Origin: a virus
Lineage: Duplodnaviria > Heunggongvirae > Uroviricota > Caudoviricetes
Length of the DNA stretch: 64,000 nucleotides
IMG/VR virus record: IMGVR_UViG_3300033146_000394
Location: 1-64,000 of that record
Strand: one strand, 5' to 3'
Below are positions 31,128 to 42,158 of this stretch, piece after piece. The notes beneath the pieces are model-generated. The model worked only from the letters and a program-made list of their open reading frames with translations. It did no database searches and was not told where the DNA came from. The translations under genes were made by a program, and so were the position numbers. The stretch's first letter is position 1. Each line of letters begins with the position of its first letter.

Positions 31128-31634
31128 TTATATTGTTTGTGTTTGTGTGTTTTGCAATTGTGTATCTTGTGTTGTTTGTGTTTGTGTTTGTGTTTGTGCT
31201 GATTGTAGTTGTGTTGTTTCATCTTGAGGTATATCTTGAGCTGTTGCTTGTGCTTGAATATTTTGTGCGTCACCATCTTGAACTTGTGTTTGTGGTTGTG
31301 CTGGTTGTAGTTGTGTTTGGACCTGTGTTTGTGGTTGAACTTGTGTAGATGCAGTACCAGTTACAATTGATGTAGGAAAATTTTCAATAGATAAAAAACT
31401 TTCAGCTAAATAAGATACTAATAATTCAGCTATTTGGTTTTTTCCGAATCTATCTTCTAATTTTTCACCAGTTTCATCTTTAACTTTTTTCATGTATGCA
31501 GATACGAGTGAACCAGGTATATTAATAGATGGTCTAACTATAAAATCACTACCCATTATAGTAACATCTTCTTTAACCATTCCTATTTTATCTTTTAATG
31601 ATTTAAATTCTTTTGAACTTTTGATATTTTTCAT
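31128..31634 (-). CDS. TQ-repeat low-complexity protein with structured N-terminal domain
   Basis: 168 aa; C-terminal (TQ)n/(QV)n encoded by a (TGTTTG)n microsatellite. Confidence 0.45.
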   Translation of the reverse strand: MKNIKSSKEFKSLKDKIGMVKEDVTIMGSDFIVRPSINIPGSLVSAYMKKVKDETGEKLEDRFGKNQIAELLVSYLAESFLSIENFPTSIVTGTASTQVQPQTQVQTQLQPAQPQTQVQDGDAQNIQAQATAQDIPQDETTQLQSAQTQTQTQTTQDTQLQNTQTQTI

Positions 31635-31740
31635 AATAACAATATTATTTTTTTATTTATATATTAATAATAAAAAGTCATTTTTTGAATATATCATAGA
31701 GTTTTTTTGTTTTGGATTATTTTTTTTAATATATAAATTT

Positions 31741-32073
31741 ATGAATAAAACAGTAATTACAACATTTTTAATATATACAATAATTTTAATCATATTTGGT
31801 TGGTTATATTTCGACACAAAAAATGACTATAATAATGATATTGATAATATCAAACATGATTACCAAATTAAATATGATAGCTTAGAAAATAAAATAATTG
31901 GATTAAAATCAGAAATATCAAAATTAGATACAATTAAATATCAACTAAATAATAAAATAGATTCAATAAAAAATAACCAAAAAGACCATGAAATACCAAT
32001 ATATACTCCTTTTACTAGTCTTAATTCTGATGAAATTCCAACTCTATTCACAAGATACAATAGTACAAAATAA
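31741..32073 (+). CDS. membrane-anchored coiled-coil protein
   Basis: MNKTVITTFLIYTIILIIFGWLYF TM followed by heptad-like K/I/N repeats; overlaps the next ORF by 86 nt. Confidence 0.4.
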   Translation: MNKTVITTFLIYTIILIIFGWLYFDTKNDYNNDIDNIKHDYQIKYDSLENKIIGLKSEISKLDTIKYQLNNKIDSIKNNQKDHEIPIYTPFTSLNSDEIPTLFTRYNSTK

Positions 32074-32479
32074 TGATAATTGTTTATTTGACACAACATT
32101 AATAAAACCAGAATCATTAACACCATTAGTTATTAAAAAGTATGATAAAATATATTATTCATTTGATACTAAACAAACAGAATATTTATATAATTCATTA
32201 TTAGAACGAGATTTTTACTTTGATAAATATTTATATAAAAAAAACGATTTTGATACAATTGTATTATATTATGATGATTTAATAAAAACCCTGGAAGAAC
32301 AAAATAATTTAAAAGATACAATAATCAAATCAAATGATATATTATTAAACACAAAAATAGAAGAATGTGATGAATTAGAAAATGAATATATTAATGAAAA
32401 TAAAAAACAAAAAAGAAAAACAAGAATAACTACAATCGTTGGTGTTGTAGCTATTATTGGGTTAATTTTAATATTATAA
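31988..32479 (+). CDS. coiled-coil protein with C-terminal TM anchor
   Basis: C-terminal ITTIVGVVAIIGLILIL; the start is uncertain (alternative Met at 32030). Confidence 0.4.
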   Translation: MKYQYILLLLVLILMKFQLYSQDTIVQNNDNCLFDTTLIKPESLTPLVIKKYDKIYYSFDTKQTEYLYNSLLERDFYFDKYLYKKNDFDTIVLYYDDLIKTLEEQNNLKDTIIKSNDILLNTKIEECDELENEYINENKKQKRKTRITTIVGVVAIIGLILIL

Positions 32480-32482
32480 GAT

Positions 32483-35400
32483 TTATTTATTATCCCACGG
32501 TGGTATATCATAATATTTACCATTCTTGATTAAATATTGTATATTGTGTTCATAATCATCAATATTTAATTTTATTGTTGGTGTTGTTTCTGATGGTGCA
32601 GTTAAACTAAATTCACCAACTGGTGATATTAAATCATTCCAACCATGAAAATTACCAGAAACCCACTTACCATCACCCCAAACACCTTTAAATGATCCGT
32701 TAAAAAACACACCATTATTAAATAAATCGTGATATGATGTTTTAGATGTTGGGGTATTTGTTGTTTTAAATTGTATTCCAGCTTCTCTTTGAAAATTCAA
32801 TGAACTAGTTTGTATAGTATCATTAATATGTTTAAAATGATTTTTTTCTGTATCCAAAAACATATCATAAAATATATCACTACTTCGATTCACAATATTT
32901 TGCTGTGTGTATTCAGTATAATATTTATCATATGAATGATTAATTAACTGTCCAGTATTATTTAAACTTATAGTAAAAGAATTTAATGTTTCACCTAATG
33001 GTTTATCATATTTCTTAGATTTATAATATGCTTCAAACAAAACAGTATCTTGTGTATTAAAGTTATATATTGAATCTGTATTCATAACTAAATTATCACT
33101 ATTATATATTTCATTTTGTTTTATCATTGGTACTCCGTAATATGACACTCCGTTTGAATCAACCCAAAAGTCACCAACTTCCGATTCTATTTTTTTTGAT
33201 TGCATTATGACTGAATCAACATAACAATTTGAATATGGTATTGACTTAATAATTATTTTTTCCTCTTCATAACCATCCGAAATAAATGATGTTGATAATG
33301 TAATATATGAACCACTATTATTTATAAAGGTATCTAAATAAATATCATTATTATATGCATCACTATATTTATAAATTTTTATCTTCCCTTTAAAATTAAC
33401 TTTTATTTTATAGACTCTACCAAGCGTTAGAGTATTATTTGAAATATAAGTGATATTTAATTCTGCTGGAGATGTTGATGATGCACTCCAAATAGTACCA
33501 TTAAGTGTCCAATTGGGTGTGCTTGTACTTGACCATCCAGTGGTAGTTAGTATATTGGATTTATATTTACTAGTTAATCCACTATTAGTTTTACCATATT
33601 CATTCTTATGTATATTATGATATTTAAACCAATCATATAATGAGCTATTAAATGGTGTATTTAATGATGTATTACTTAATTCTTCAAGTTTATTAGTTAA
33701 ATTAATAATATCATCAGTAAACATTTGTGTATCTCCAGTAATATTTATATTTTTTAAACTTTGACCATTAGCAATTATTTCATATTGTTCCAATGATGCA
33801 CCATTAAACATGTTAGGTGTGGAAAACGTTAAATTATTATGTGTTTGATTTAATCTATAATCTTGCCATTTATTTTCATATTTATTAGATTTTATTGTAT
33901 GATTAAATTGATCATTTGCTAATGTTATATCATTATTTAACCACCAAGGTGGGACAGATGAACCATATATCCATTTTGTAGGTGTTGTATTATATGAAGC
34001 AACATCACCATAATTTTTATTATATGTTGTAACTAAACTAACATCACTTTGTGTAGAACTAATTACAGGAAATGGGTGTGTATAATATCCACTATTAGCA
34101 ATAGACCAAGCATTTTTATAATTTTTCTTATAAGCTATTCTTTCAGTATCATTTGCTTCATCCCACAATTTTTTAATACTATCTGATATGAATATAAAAT
34201 ACATATAATGTGTATTTGCTAAATCCAAATAATAATCAAAATTATAACCATTTTCATATAAATTATTAAATTCTTCATATATTTGAGTAGTTGGAGTTAA
34301 TGGGTTTGTTATAGATATATTTGGATCAATCAATGTTATCTCACCATTAGCTTCACTTATTTTATTAAGCCAAGTTTTTAGTGCTAATTTATTTTCATCA
34401 TTATTAGTATTAACTTTTAATGCAAATTTATATGGTAATATTTTATCATTGTATTCATCATCCCACACATTTAGTAATGTTTTAGCTGAATTAGAAATTG
34501 TTGGATTATCTAATATATATTCGTTATTTGGTGTTGGTGTCCACGAATTTAATATAGGGTCGTTACCATATTTTCCACTATTATTGTTTAAATTCTGTGT
34601 TTGGTCATCAATGTAAGATATTGGATATATTTCTTCTATTATTATTGATTTATAATATGTTGTATCATTATTTATTTCTGTTTTATTATTAAGAATTGTT
34701 ATATAATTATATGGAAAATCACCAGATTCTATTGTACCAAATACACCATTATAAAAATTACCATTATTCCATATATTTTGTGGTTCTGATGTAAAATCAG
34801 ATGAGAAATTACCAGAATAAAAATTACCATTATTAAATGTTGTTCCAGAGTGCATATATGCATCATAAAAATTACCATTATTTACTATAATATTAATAAA
34901 TTCATCACTTTGAAAATTACCACCAAATATATTTATTTTATTATTTATTTGATTTAATGTAGTATTATCATAAACACCTAAACTCACAACACCATATTTA
35001 TTTATGTGTGTATTATCATATAAATCCAATATAATATAATTTTCACCAACAGACAAAACTTGTTCATAACCATTATCATATGAACTTGGGTCGTCATATG
35101 TTTTTGTACTTATCGTTGTTGCGCTTGGAGTATTATTTATAAACCCATTTAAATATACTATTTTTCCTATATCTGATATTGTAAATAAATTATTTCCTAT
35201 TATTTCAACATACATAACATCTACAATATTATTATTATATATCAATTTTTTAGATATAATGTGACTAAAATTAACAGTTTTTAATTCGATATTAAATGTA
35301 TTATTATTATACTCTCCTTTTGATATATTTATAGGTGATATAAAATTATTATTTGTATATTTCCCCCCAATAACACTATTATTAAAAACACTTGATGTAT

Positions 35401-36625
35401 TAATATTAATATTCTTATTTATTGTATTATTTTCTAATATTGAATTTTTTATATCACCTTTTTCTAATATTGATGATACAACTAAACAATTAATAATATT
35501 TACCCCTATAACATTTGAATTAATAATGGTTGAATTTTTTATTTCACCACCATATAATTTAGAATTTTCAATTATAGCATCATCAATAACACCATCACCC
35601 ATTGTTAAATTATTTATTAGTAATGTTTTTGTTGGATCATTTATTAAACCATTATTTAAAAAACCATTATTCCACAATACACCATTATAATTACCACTTT
35701 GAAATGTTCCACCATTAAATACACCATTGAATACACCATTAAAATAACCATTTTGAAATGTTGTGTTTGTACTCAACACACCATTCACAAAAATTCCACC
35801 TTTCCAATATTCTAATGAAAATTCATCATCACTTGACCATTTACCATAATTCCAATTAACATCTGCATTTAATTTAGTGTTAATATAATAACCATTATTT
35901 ATATCATAATTTTTAATATTACAATTAGTAAACTCACCATTACTAATTTTTTTAGTTGATGTTGTTGCTTTTATATGACAATTATTAAATGTTGAATTTT
36001 TTATATCTACATCAAAAATTGACGTATTTAAATTATAAAAATATGAATATCCAAAAGAATTATTGTTTAATGATACTAATTTTTTATTATCAGTTAAATG
36101 TAATGATATATAATTATAATTATATTTATCTTTAATTGTAATATTGTTTATATCTCCACCATACACCACAGCTTGAATCCAATTAATATCAGAATTTATT
36201 GGAATTGTAATATTTTTTATAAATGATGAATCAATTTTTACATTTTTTATTGTTGCATTATCACAATAAACTCTTGAAACATAATGAGCTAATAGTGTTT
36301 TTTGTGCAGGAATTGTATTAATTTCTCTATTTATAACAAAACTATTATTATTTTTATCAACATATAATACAACATACCCAGTAGAAAAATCTGAATAAAA
36401 AAAATCATTTGATTCATTTGTGTACATAATATTATCTAATATTATTTCTGTTTCTTTATTATATGTACTAAAATCTCCAGAGAATGAGATATAAATAATA
36501 TCATTTTCTTCTATGTGAGAATCTATTTCAGTATATAATTGTATATAATTATTATAATTTGTTATATATGGTAATATTTTTACTGCATTTATTGTTCCTA
36601 AATCATCATATCTTATTGGTAGCAT
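32483..36625 (-). CDS. giant fibre/beta-helix repeat protein (1380 aa)
   Basis: Long runs of N/G/F pentapeptide-like repeats (NGVFNGVFNGVFNGG, GNFYSGNF, NNGNFYNGVF) typical of beta-helical fibre or tail-fibre proteins. Confidence 0.6.
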   Translation of the reverse strand: MLPIRYDDLGTINAVKILPYITNYNNYIQLYTEIDSHIEENDIIYISFSGDFSTYNKETEIILDNIMYTNESNDFFYSDFSTGYVVLYVDKNNNSFVINREINTIPAQKTLLAHYVSRVYCDNATIKNVKIDSSFIKNITIPINSDINWIQAVVYGGDINNITIKDKYNYNYISLHLTDNKKLVSLNNNSFGYSYFYNLNTSIFDVDIKNSTFNNCHIKATTSTKKISNGEFTNCNIKNYDINNGYYINTKLNADVNWNYGKWSSDDEFSLEYWKGGIFVNGVLSTNTTFQNGYFNGVFNGVFNGGTFQSGNYNGVLWNNGFLNNGLINDPTKTLLINNLTMGDGVIDDAIIENSKLYGGEIKNSTIINSNVIGVNIINCLVVSSILEKGDIKNSILENNTINKNININTSSVFNNSVIGGKYTNNNFISPINISKGEYNNNTFNIELKTVNFSHIISKKLIYNNNIVDVMYVEIIGNNLFTISDIGKIVYLNGFINNTPSATTISTKTYDDPSSYDNGYEQVLSVGENYIILDLYDNTHINKYGVVSLGVYDNTTLNQINNKINIFGGNFQSDEFINIIVNNGNFYDAYMHSGTTFNNGNFYSGNFSSDFTSEPQNIWNNGNFYNGVFGTIESGDFPYNYITILNNKTEINNDTTYYKSIIIEEIYPISYIDDQTQNLNNNSGKYGNDPILNSWTPTPNNEYILDNPTISNSAKTLLNVWDDEYNDKILPYKFALKVNTNNDENKLALKTWLNKISEANGEITLIDPNISITNPLTPTTQIYEEFNNLYENGYNFDYYLDLANTHYMYFIFISDSIKKLWDEANDTERIAYKKNYKNAWSIANSGYYTHPFPVISSTQSDVSLVTTYNKNYGDVASYNTTPTKWIYGSSVPPWWLNNDITLANDQFNHTIKSNKYENKWQDYRLNQTHNNLTFSTPNMFNGASLEQYEIIANGQSLKNINITGDTQMFTDDIINLTNKLEELSNTSLNTPFNSSLYDWFKYHNIHKNEYGKTNSGLTSKYKSNILTTTGWSSTSTPNWTLNGTIWSASSTSPAELNITYISNNTLTLGRVYKIKVNFKGKIKIYKYSDAYNNDIYLDTFINNSGSYITLSTSFISDGYEEEKIIIKSIPYSNCYVDSVIMQSKKIESEVGDFWVDSNGVSYYGVPMIKQNEIYNSDNLVMNTDSIYNFNTQDTVLFEAYYKSKKYDKPLGETLNSFTISLNNTGQLINHSYDKYYTEYTQQNIVNRSSDIFYDMFLDTEKNHFKHINDTIQTSSLNFQREAGIQFKTTNTPTSKTSYHDLFNNGVFFNGSFKGVWGDGKWVSGNFHGWNDLISPVGEFSLTAPSETTPTIKLNIDDYEHNIQYLIKNGKYYDIPPWDNK

Positions 36626-36703
36626 TTATAATTATCTTTTATTTTTATTATATATAAATTTGAACTCATCAAAAATATATATATATAATTAATAAAAAAA
36701 ATA

Positions 36704-37042
36704 TTGAATGTATATATGAATAAAGAAAAATTAAAAAAATTAATAGAAGAAGAATTTGTTGAGAGATATGACACATTAAATGAATTTATGATTAATATTA
36801 ATAATACATTAAAATTAATAAAAATAGAAGAATTATATACATATAATATATTTTGTATAGATATTGAAAAAAATTTATTATCTGAATTATCGAATAAAAA
36901 TATTGAAAAAATAACCCCAAAATTATTATCTTCTATATTAAATAAAATGATAATGGATAAAATAATGATTGATCCTCAATATGAAGAAAAATTAACTGAA
37001 TATTTCTCGAAAAATATTAATGAAAAGATAACTAACAATTAA
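36704..37042 (+). CDS. hypothetical protein
   Basis: 112-aa ORF. Confidence 0.4.
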   Translation: MNVYMNKEKLKKLIEEEFVERYDTLNEFMININNTLKLIKIEELYTYNIFCIDIEKNLLSELSNKNIEKITPKLLSSILNKMIMDKIMIDPQYEEKLTEYFSKNINEKITNN

Positions 37043-37399
37043 TCAAGCTGTTACCTTTATTATAATCTCTTGATAATTAATGAATTATAATTATAGAAAA
37101 AACTTATTATTTATAGTTTATATATATTATGTTAAAACAATTGAAATGATTAAAGGCTTTAAGGGATTAAAAACAAATAAATATAAACGTACATATATCG
37201 TGTAGCCCACCAAACTTTTTTTCAATTTATTTTTTTTCAATTTTTATGTAACTTTTTTTTGAAATGTTATATAAGAATTATCAGTTAGTTTTTCTGTAAA
37301 AAAAACATTGTGAAGGTTAAAAGAAATTAAAATGATTAACAGGCTTTGAAATGTGTAATATGTATTTCTTACTTCATATAAAAAATAACTTATAATAAT
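37043..37399 (+). promoter_or_regulatory. 357-nt leader/regulatory region upstream of the SSB gene, with direct repeats AATGATTAA(A/CA)GGCTTT(A/G)A at 37145-37162 and 37331-37349
   Basis: Seen directly; reminiscent of the autoregulatory translational operator upstream of T4 gene 32. Confidence 0.35.
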
Positions 37400-38365
37400 A
37401 TGAGTGAAAATGCAAACGATTTCCTATTTGGGGGAGCAGTAAAAGAAGATGATTCATTATCAGTATTTGATAAAAAATCAACATCATCAGATGGTATATA
37501 TAGACCATCATTAAAAGATGCAAAAGTTAAAAAAGATGGTTATAGAGCAACTTTAAGATTTTTAACTAATGTGTTAGAAAATGGACATAAAGGACCAAGT
37601 GCAATTAAAAAACACGTCCATTATATTGACATGAAAAATAATCCTAATTTGTCTGGATATTATGATTGTGGTAAGAATTTTGAAAAAGATTGCCCATTAT
37701 GTACAGAATATTGGAAATTATTCAACTCTAAAAATGCAATTGATAATGAAAAAGCAAAAACATTAAGTAGAATAACTAAATGGTATTCTTATGTTATGAT
37801 TCTTGAAGATGACCAAAATCCAGAATTAGTAGGAAAAGTATTAGCTTTCTCTTATGGTGCACAAATTAAAGATAAAATAGTATCAGAAAAAAACGGTGAA
37901 TTAACAGGAGAATCTGTTGATGTATTTGATACAGTAAAAGGTAAAGATTTCAAATTAATTATCAAAGAAAAAGGTGGTTATGCAAACTATGAATCATCAT
38001 CATTCTTAAAAGAATCACCAATAAAAATATATAACGAATCTAAAAAATCATTTAAAACTGTTCCAATTATGAAAGATGGTATGATTGGTATTGATGGTGA
38101 TGCAAAACAAACTAAGAAAATTAGAAATAAATTACTTGAGATATTTACTAAAAAAGATATTGATATTAAAGATTATGCACCAGTTAAATGGGATGATGAA
38201 ATCATTGGTAAAGTAAATGATATTTTAACTTCATTAAGTGGGGATATGACATATAAAGCGACACAACAATCAAAAACTACTAATGATGCAACAACTAAAA
38301 CAGATGTAGAAGAATTTGATAGTTCTTCTGAATCAGAAGATGATTTTTTTGAATTTGATGATTAA
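37400..38365 (+). CDS. T4 gp32-like single-stranded DNA-binding protein
   Basis: [10 protein letters not shown] resembles T4 GQAVIRFLP. The Zn motif H..C..C..C (HVHYID...[16 protein letters not shown]) is present. [38 protein letters not shown] resembles [49 protein letters not shown] resembles GFSNYDESKFL. Acidic C-terminal tail. Confidence 0.75.
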   Translation: [321 protein letters not shown]

Positions 38366-38380
38366 TTACAAAATACAAAC

Positions 38381-38420
38381 AAAAAAACCGACTATTAATA
38401 AATAGTCGGTTTTTTTTATT
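38381..38420. terminator. intrinsic-terminator-like hairpin CCGACTATT/AATAGTCGG followed by T8
   Basis: Seen directly, just downstream of the SSB gene. Confidence 0.55.
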
Positions 38421-38458
38421 ATATAATATTAATATATAAATAAAAAAACTACATATCA

Positions 38459-39319
38459 ATGTATATAAATTTCAATAAATTTTTATTAGAAAAATCATCA
38501 CTATCAATACTTGGTGTACCAGATGAAGTAATGAAAGAAATACAAATAAATTTTGAAATCAATTCAAATGCTAACTGGGAAGAAATAATTTTAAAAAAAG
38601 ATATAATAAGTGAATTAAGGAAAAAAGAAAAAGCTTTTTATATATCCATATTACATAATGATAACATACAAATATTTATAAATAATAACACTGAATATTT
38701 TACCCAATATTTCAAATTAGAAAGTGGTGGTTGGAGTAGTTTTAGAATAGATGATAGAGTAGAAATATCACTAACGCAGATAAGATATTCAATACCAAAA
38801 CATACTAAATTTTATAAATTACTAAAATCTGATTTTAAATTAAAACCAAAATCACAAAGATTAGTACAAGCACAAACAGTCAAACTAGAAAAAACGACAG
38901 AAGAATTTAAAAATTATATTTTAAAACACTTTAATAATATAGTAAAAAGGATGTACGGTACTAAATATTATAGAGTGATGGTGAAAATAAGTGAAAATCT
39001 AAGTAAGGTAACACAATCAACAACAGCAACAGAACTATTAAGAATATTAACGGACAATAAAAAACTTGCTAAAATTGCTGCGGAATATGAAGATGCTAAA
39101 AGCGAAGATGATATATTAAAATTACAAAATTTAGAGAAAAAATATAATTCATTATCTACTATTGATGAATATTTGATGATGTTTGAAAATGAATATTCTG
39201 AAGAATTTAATTATTTTGTGAATATTAAAGATTTAATTAATGATTTTGGTCGTATGCAAATAGAAACCTCTTTTATGTATTTCTTATATACTGGAAAAAT
39301 TAAAAAATTAAAAATATAA
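38459..39319 (+). CDS. hypothetical protein
   Basis: 286-aa ORF. Confidence 0.45.
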   Translation: MYINFNKFLLEKSSLSILGVPDEVMKEIQINFEINSNANWEEIILKKDIISELRKKEKAFYISILHNDNIQIFINNNTEYFTQYFKLESGGWSSFRIDDRVEISLTQIRYSIPKHTKFYKLLKSDFKLKPKSQRLVQAQTVKLEKTTEEFKNYILKHFNNIVKRMYGTKYYRVMVKISENLSKVTQSTTATELLRILTDNKKLAKIAAEYEDAKSEDDILKLQNLEKKYNSLSTIDEYLMMFENEYSEEFNYFVNIKDLINDFGRMQIETSFMYFLYTGKIKKLKI

Positions 39320-39991
39320 ATGAGATATATTAAAAATATAAATGAAATAAATACTGAATTTGATGATCATAAAGTTGGACAAAATGTTAATTTAAGTAAT
39401 ATGCAACCAACAATTGATTTACCAACAGATTATTACATAACACCAGATGAAGATGGTGATGATGAAGATGAATATTATAGTACGTCTGCTGGTAAGTCTG
39501 GTTTATATTATGGTGTAGAACCTGGACACAATAAAGGATTAAAAAAGAGAAACACAGCTCCACAAAAAATGTCAGCAGAAAAATTAAATGTGGTTATACC
39601 ATACAATTCATATATATTTGAAAATATTGGAGATATAAATAATAAGATATTATCTAATATAAAATATAAAATACAAAATACAAAAGAGGGTATAGAAGAT
39701 GAATTAAATTTAATCACCAATTTAGAAAAAACAATTATTAAAAAATATATTCTGATTTATTGTTCATATACATCACCAAAAATAAATAGTGAAATTAAAT
39801 ATGAAGATTTCATAAAAAACTATAATATAGGTAAAGCAAATCTAAGTTTTATTGATCCATATGATAGTTTATTAGAATCATATATCACAATATATGATGA
39901 ATATATATCTTGGAGAAGAGGTGATTACAATATGTTATATATAACTGAATACGAATATAAGAGATTAAAAATAAATGAATTTAATATATGA
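39320..39991 (+). CDS. hypothetical protein ending in EFNI
   Basis: 223 aa; 3' end GAATTTAATATATGA. Confidence 0.45.
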   Translation: MRYIKNINEINTEFDDHKVGQNVNLSNMQPTIDLPTDYYITPDEDGDDEDEYYSTSAGKSGLYYGVEPGHNKGLKKRNTAPQKMSAEKLNVVIPYNSYIFENIGDINNKILSNIKYKIQNTKEGIEDELNLITNLEKTIIKKYILIYCSYTSPKINSEIKYEDFIKNYNIGKANLSFIDPYDSLLESYITIYDEYISWRRGDYNMLYITEYEYKRLKINEFNI

Positions 39992-40422
39992 TTTTATATA
40001 ACAAATTTTTAGAAAATATAATTAGTAAAAATGATATAAATATTGATGATTTTAAACAATATATTGCTAATGGAATAGATTTAAATACATTAAGGTATCA
40101 TAATAATGAAACACTATTATTTAAATCAGTTAAAAACAATTCATACAATGAAACAAAATATTTATTAGAAAATGGATTAAATCCAGATATAAGAGATATT
40201 CATAATTCAACTATTATTTATTATGCTGCAATATATGGTTATATTGATATAATAAATTTATTGATAGAATATAATGCTGATGTCATTAAAATTAAATTAG
40301 GGTGGGATAAAAAATTATTTGATGTTGTAGACTCAAATATTCTTTTACAATTTAAACAAAAATACCCTAAAACATATAAAAAATATGAAGAATTAATAAA
40401 AATTTCAGAATTTAATATTTAA
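39988..40422 (+). CDS. ankyrin-repeat protein ending in EFNI
   Basis: NPDIRDIHNSTIIYYAAIYGYIDIINLLIEYNADV ankyrin consensus; 3' end GAATTTAATATTTAA. Confidence 0.55.
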   Translation: MILYNKFLENIISKNDINIDDFKQYIANGIDLNTLRYHNNETLLFKSVKNNSYNETKYLLENGLNPDIRDIHNSTIIYYAAIYGYIDIINLLIEYNADVIKIKLGWDKKLFDVVDSNILLQFKQKYPKTYKKYEELIKISEFNI

Positions 40423-40968
40423 TTATAACCATATCATTTTATCATCTAATAGTTTTTTTGTTGAATAATAATCATATTCATATTTAAAATCATGTATAAT
40501 AGTTGGATCATTCCACTTTTTTTGATCACTTTTAAAGAAATCAAACCCAATTAGATAATATTTATCTAATACCTTATTATATCTACTCGTTAAATACTCT
40601 ATACCATAAAACCCAGTAGTTGGTTCTGCATTAGGGTTATAAAAAATATCTAAATCTTTATCAATATATGATATTTTAATATTATTATTATTTAATATTT
40701 CATCTTCATATGTTAATATAGAATTTTTATTTTTTATAATATATAATTTAAAAAAATCATACCACAAATGTTTTTGATATATATCAAATCCTTGACATTT
40801 TGTTTGTCTACACCTAGTGAAAAAAACATCAACTCTACCATCAAATAATTCTTTATTTTTCCCATCATTAAATCGAACAATTAAATCATTATCATTTGGT
40901 ATAAGGGTATTATATATTTCTAATTCTTCTTCTGTTAATGGTTTATTAGCAATAAAATATATGTTCAT
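40423..40968 (-). CDS. hypothetical protein
   Basis: 181-aa ORF. Confidence 0.45.
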   Translation of the reverse strand: MNIYFIANKPLTEEELEIYNTLIPNDNDLIVRFNDGKNKELFDGRVDVFFTRCRQTKCQGFDIYQKHLWYDFFKLYIIKNKNSILTYEDEILNNNNIKISYIDKDLDIFYNPNAEPTTGFYGIEYLTSRYNKVLDKYYLIGFDFFKSDQKKWNDPTIIHDFKYEYDYYSTKKLLDDKMIWL

Positions 40969-41049
40969 ATTATTTGTTTATATTTTTTCATATATATTAA
41001 CAATAGTTTGTTCATAATTTTTAATATTATAAATTAAATATATAGATAT

Positions 41050-41328
41050 ATGAAGTATCTATGTAATTACAAAAACTTATATAATGATTTTAATATGAAT
41101 GAAAGAAACACAGTGTATTATAGAGGGTTTCATATGTATAAAAATATCGATCTATCACCTGGGGCAAATGGTTATTGGTCTATACCTAAATTATATCATA
41201 GAGAATTTGCAAATAAAATATCACAAGGATATGACACAGTATCTATAACACAAGGTAAAGAAGCAATAGATGAATGGTACGATTTTAATATCAAAGTAAA
41301 TAAATTTAAATATATTCAAGAAGAATAA
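41050..41328 (+). CDS. hypothetical protein
   Basis: 92-aa ORF. Confidence 0.35.
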   Translation: MKYLCNYKNLYNDFNMNERNTVYYRGFHMYKNIDLSPGANGYWSIPKLYHREFANKISQGYDTVSITQGKEAIDEWYDFNIKVNKFKYIQEE

Positions 41329-41342
41329 AAAACAATAATATT

Positions 41343-42158
41343 ATGAAAAATTTTAATAATTTCGTTGATAACGACACATTTATATTAGAAAAAATAAATG
41401 TAAACAAAACACTAAATAAAACATTTAATTTATTAAAAAATAATGTTAATAAACAAACTATAAAATATTTTTTAGTATTAATGTTAGGTTTTTATACTGT
41501 ATCTGAGATAATAGGTTTTTTAAACACACCAAATATTACACAAAATATTACACAAAATAACCTAAGTATGATAAAAACCCAATTAAGTGATACAACTACA
41601 TTAAAAATATTAAAAGATAAAGCAGACACAACTAAAATGACTATAATAGATAAAAATAGTGATACAATTAAAGAAAACAATTATAAAGATCCACAAACAA
41701 TAAAATTATCACAAGATGGGTGGGATAATATAAGAAACCACGAAAAACTAAAATTAACAGCATATGATATTGGTGATGGTAAAATAACTATTGGTTGGGG
41801 TCACGCTGAACCAAAAACTACATCTAAATATAAAATAGGAGATAAAATAAGTAAAGAAAAAGCAAAACAAATATTTATTGAGGATGTAAACCATTTTGCA
41901 GAAGGAACTAGAAGAATGTTTAGACAATGGAAAGAAATGGGTAGTGATGTTAAAATAACACAAGGACAATATGATGCAATTGTTTCTTTGATGTTTAATG
42001 GTGGTATAACTGGATTTAGACGTTCAAGTATAGCAACATATCTATATGATAAAGAATATAATAAAGCATCTAATGCAATATTATCATTTAAAGTATCTGA
42101 TGAATTTAGTGGAAACTACAAAAGACGAGAAGATGAAAAAAAATCCTTTGATTTATAA
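41343..42158 (+). CDS. GH24 (T4 e-type) lysozyme with N-terminal TM/signal-anchor segment
   Basis: NIRNHEKLKLTAYDIGDGKITIGWGHAE aligns to T4 lysozyme E11/D20/T26 ([21 protein letters not shown]). QGQYDAIVSLMFNGG matches the phage-lysozyme Q.DAL.S..FN.G motif. TM segment at residues 40-60. Confidence 0.7.
   Translation: MKNFNNFVDNDTFILEKINVNKTLNKTFNLLKNNVNKQTIKYFLVLMLGFYTVSEIIGFLNTPNITQNITQNNLSMIKTQLSDTTTLKILKDKADTTKMTIIDKNSDTIKENNYKDPQTIKLSQDGWDNIRNHEKLKLTAYDIGDGKITIGWGHAEPKTTSKYKIGDKISKEKAKQIFIEDVNHFAEGTRRMFRQWKEMGSDVKITQGQYDAIVSLMFNGGITGFRRSSIATYLYDKEYNKASNAILSFKVSDEFSGNYKRREDEKKSFDL

Noticed and set aside
31106-31348. Plus-strand FVFVFV ORF
   Set aside because: Antisense translation of the TQ-repeat microsatellite of gene 31128..31634
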